A DNA stretch of 64,000 nucleotides from Gammaproteobacteria bacterium (lineage in GTDB: Bacteria; Pseudomonadota; Gammaproteobacteria; G965277405): NCBI GenBank assembly GCA_965277405.1, contig OZ255726.1, forward strand, positions 128,001 through 192,000, in the 5' to 3' direction. Position 1 is the stretch's first letter; each line of letters opens with the position of its first letter. Of this stretch, positions 61,247 to 64,000 are shown piece by piece. The position numbers and the translations under genes are program-made. The notes below the pieces were generated by a model. That model was not told the origin of the DNA. It searched no databases and saw only the letters and a program-made list of their open reading frames with translations.

Positions 61247-61272
61247 GGAAGTTCTGATGTAAGTCCATGATG
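61247..61272 (+). mobile_element. MITE left-end remnant
   Basis: ggaagttctgatgtaagtccatgatg preceded by TTAT. Confidence 0.65.
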
Positions 61273-61508
61273 AATCGGTTGTAATAGCAGTGATTTTGTA
61301 ATACATTCAGGTATTAATGAGTGGTCAACGTCGACATGCTGACGTCGGCCATAAATGCCGCAACAGGAAAACGCCGCAACAGGCATGGGACGATACAACT
61401 CGTAAAGATGGTGTCAACAACCCTGCATATCACGCATAATGACGGAATTGATCGAACGTCTGGCGAGATGAATTAAGCATTATAAAACATTAAACTCAGG
61501 AGGAAGTA

Positions 61509-62681
61509 ATGCCGATTATTAACCGTTTTGCCGAATTACATGACGAAATAACAGGCTGGAGACGCAAGATCCACTCGAACCCTGAACTCCTGTTTGATGT
61601 TGAACAAACCGCAGAATTTGTTACCAGCAAACTACATGAATTCGGTGTTGATGAGGTGGTGACGGGTATTGGGCGTACTGGGGTTGTTGGCATTATCAAA
61701 GGCAATGATACAGCCTCAGGTAAAGTGATCGGTTTACGTGCTGACATGGATGCGCTGCCAATCCACGAAGAGACTGGCTTGGATTATGCCTCTAAAGTTG
61801 ATGGCAAGATGCATGCCTGTGGGCACGACGGTCACACAGCCATGCTGTTAGGGGCAGCAAAATATCTGTCTGAAACCAGAAATTTCGATGGTTCTGTTGC
61901 AGTCATCTTCCAACCTGCTGAAGAAGGCGGTGGCGGTGGTCAAGAGATGGTCGAGGATGGCATGATGGATCGTTTTGATATTTTGGAAGTTTATGGCCTA
62001 CACAATTGGCCGGGTGTTGCTGTTGGAAACTTTGGCACACGTCCAGGTGCTTTAATGGCTGCAACGGATATCTTTACTATTGATATTCAAGGTTCAGGCG
62101 GTCATGCGGCAAAACCACATGAAACCGTTGATCCAATTGTTATCGCCAGCCATATTATTCTGGCTCTGCAATCAGTAGCTGCGCGTAATGTTGACCCCAT
62201 TCAATCCGTAGTTGTATCCGTAACGACTTGTAATGCTGGCACGGCTTTTAACATAATCCCTGATACAGTTTCTTTGAACGGTACCGTGCGGACGTTGGAC
62301 GCAGGGGTGCGTAATCTTACGCAAAAACGTATCGAGGAAGTTGTTGAGTATACGGCTAAAGCACACGGCGCGAGCGCGGTTCTGGACTATAAACGGCATT
62401 ATCCCGTAGTGATCAACCATGAGAAAGAAACATTCTTTGCTGCAGATATTGCGGCTAGGATTTCAGGTGAAGATCGTGTTGATACCAACGCTAATCCAAC
62501 AATGGGTGGTGAGGATTTTGCTTTTATGTTGAACGCGCGTCCGGGGTCGTTCGTCTTCTTGGGGAATGGTAGCACTGCACCGTTACACCATCCAAAATAC
62601 AACTTTAACGACGAAATAATTCCCGTTGGTTGTTCGTATTGGGCTAAGCTGGTTGAAACGGCGATGCCTGCTAATCGCTAA
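61509..62681 (+). CDS. M20D amidohydrolase (hippurate hydrolase-like)
   Basis: LRADMDALP, MHACGHDGH, FQPAEE, GGH, EDF, LHHP. Confidence 0.95.
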   Translation: MPIINRFAELHDEITGWRRKIHSNPELLFDVEQTAEFVTSKLHEFGVDEVVTGIGRTGVVGIIKGNDTASGKVIGLRADMDALPIHEETGLDYASKVDGKMHACGHDGHTAMLLGAAKYLSETRNFDGSVAVIFQPAEEGGGGGQEMVEDGMMDRFDILEVYGLHNWPGVAVGNFGTRPGALMAATDIFTIDIQGSGGHAAKPHETVDPIVIASHIILALQSVAARNVDPIQSVVVSVTTCNAGTAFNIIPDTVSLNGTVRTLDAGVRNLTQKRIEEVVEYTAKAHGASAVLDYKRHYPVVINHEKETFFAADIAARISGEDRVDTNANPTMGGEDFAFMLNARPGSFVFLGNGSTAPLHHPKYNFNDEIIPVGCSYWAKLVETAMPANR

Positions 62682-62736
62682 TAATGCAACAGAAAAGAGA
62701 TAAAATAACCGGCGTCATTATGTTTATGGCGGCAAA

Positions 62737-62808
62737 CACACGGAGTATAACAATGAAAATCACACGGAGTATAACAATGAAAATCACACGGAGTATAACA
62801 ATGAAAAT
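62737..62808 (+). repeat. 24-bp tandem repeat x3, each unit containing a GGAG RBS and an ATG
   Basis: cacacggagtataacaatgaaaat x3. Confidence 0.95.
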
Positions 62809-64000
62809 GAGAAATATTGTTGCAGCAAGTGCATGCGTGCTCGCACTTGGAGCTGGAGTCACGAACGCTGTAACATTCAAATGGTCATTTCAAGGGGACG
62901 TTCAGTCTCTTGATCCGCATGGTTTGAACGAAACCTTTACCCTTGGTTTCCTAGGGAATGTGTATGAAGGTCTAACGTCATATAACAGCGAATTACAAAT
63001 CCAGCCTGGGCTTGCTGTTAGCTGGGAAAACACAGCACCAACAACTTGGATCTTCAAACTTCGTGAAGGTGTGAAGTTCCATGACGGTGGTGATTTCAAC
63101 GCCGATGATGTGATTTTCTCATGGAAACGCACTCTCACCGCTGGTTCTGATATGAAGGGCTACGGTAGCCGCATGAAGAACATCACCAAAATTGATGATT
63201 TCACCATCGAAGTCGAAACCCCGGCGCCAAACCCGATCCTGCCACGCGAACTTGCCTTCTATTATATGATGGACAAAGAATGGTCAGAAAAACATAACTC
63301 AGTTGCAGCAACCAGCCCTAAAGCGGCGGATGCTACCGCTACTTATGCTGCTCAAAATGCCAATGGTACTGGTCCCTTTATACTTGCAGAACGCCAGCCG
63401 GATGTTCGCTCAAAGTTCACTCGTTTTGCTGGATACTGGAAAGACATTCCAACCAACGTAACAGAAGTTTACTTCACCCCGATTTCTCAAGGTGCGACGC
63501 GTGTCGCAGCTTTGATTTCGGGCGAACTGGATATGGTTTATCCTGTTCCTGTACAGGATTGGCAGCGTCTGGAAAGCGCCGCAGGTGTTAAACCTCTAAC
63601 TGGTCCCGAAGCGCGTACTATTTTTCTTGGTATGGATCAGTGGCGTGATGAACTTCTGTATTCCAACATCAAAGGTAAGAACCCGTTTAAAGATCAACGC
63701 GTGCGTGCCGCGATGGCTCATGCTATTGACTTAAACGCTATTAATAAAAAAATCATGCGCGGTGCAGCTGTACCTGCAGGACTGCTTATTGCTCCGCAAA
63801 TCAACGGTTTTGATGCTGACCTAAATAATCCTTATAGCTATGAACCTGAGAAATCAAAGCAACTTCTAAGCGCAGCTGGTTATCCAGCAGGTTTTGAACT
63901 TGGCATGGATTGCCCGAACAATCGTTACGTAAATGACGAAAAAATCTGTCAAGCTATTGTTGGCTTCCTGGCACGTGTTGGCATTAAGGTTGATCTGAAC
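62801..64000 (+). CDS. Family-5 (DppA/OppA-like) ABC substrate-binding protein, runs off the window end
   Basis: Manual translation: signal peptide, SLDPH, NVYEGL, PGLA.SWE, F.LREGVKFHDG, GTGPF, MDCPNNRYVNDE; absent from the ORF track. Confidence 0.92.
   Translation, partial: MKMRNIVAASACVLALGAGVTNAVTFKWSFQGDVQSLDPHGLNETFTLGFLGNVYEGLTSYNSELQIQPGLAVSWENTAPTTWIFKLREGVKFHDGGDFNADDVIFSWKRTLTAGSDMKGYGSRMKNITKIDDFTIEVETPAPNPILPRELAFYYMMDKEWSEKHNSVAATSPKAADATATYAAQNANGTGPFILAERQPDVRSKFTRFAGYWKDIPTNVTEVYFTPISQGATRVAALISGELDMVYPVPVQDWQRLESAAGVKPLTGPEARTIFLGMDQWRDELLYSNIKGKNPFKDQRVRAAMAHAIDLNAINKKIMRGAAVPAGLLIAPQINGFDADLNNPYSYEPEKSKQLLSAAGYPAGFELGMDCPNNRYVNDEKICQAIVGFLARVGIKVDLN

Overview
Chromosomal window of a moderate-GC bacterium whose housekeeping genes look gammaproteobacterial (pheA, typA, mnmC, yciB, recR, ybaB, dnaX, hemJ, gshB, efp, tRNA-Arg, dapE, panB, psd, serC). 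The dominant non-coding signal is a family of ~285-320 bp non-autonomous elements (MITEs): 11 full-length or near-full-length copies and about a dozen fragments. Their terminal inverted repeat GGAAGCTCTGATTAAG is shared with a frameshifted IS5-family element at 56928-58148. Copies sit on 4-bp YTAR-like sites, often exactly at stop codons. They supply the C-termini of dapE and yciB, stack end to end, abut deletions (panC, a probable restriction nuclease, a desaturase copy) and bracket accessory genes (RelBE, methyltransferase, Fic). Other highlights: (1) an ~11.4 kb gene for a lipoprotein with roughly 33 Cys-paired Ig-like repeats, ending in a subtilase + P-domain whose catalytic Ser is replaced by Arg, with a +7 nt lesion inside the repeats; (2) a mosaic tandem triplet of Tat-exported PotD/PotF-like binding proteins with a promoter VNTR; (3) an old duplication of a Pho-box-like divergent promoter with reciprocal gene loss, which now precedes a Ugp-like ABC/phosphodiesterase operon and phoX; (4) a zinc-independent DksA with duplicated Zur-like boxes; (5) many short 9-24 bp tandem duplications. 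All calls come from reading the sequence and recalling family motifs; no searches were run.
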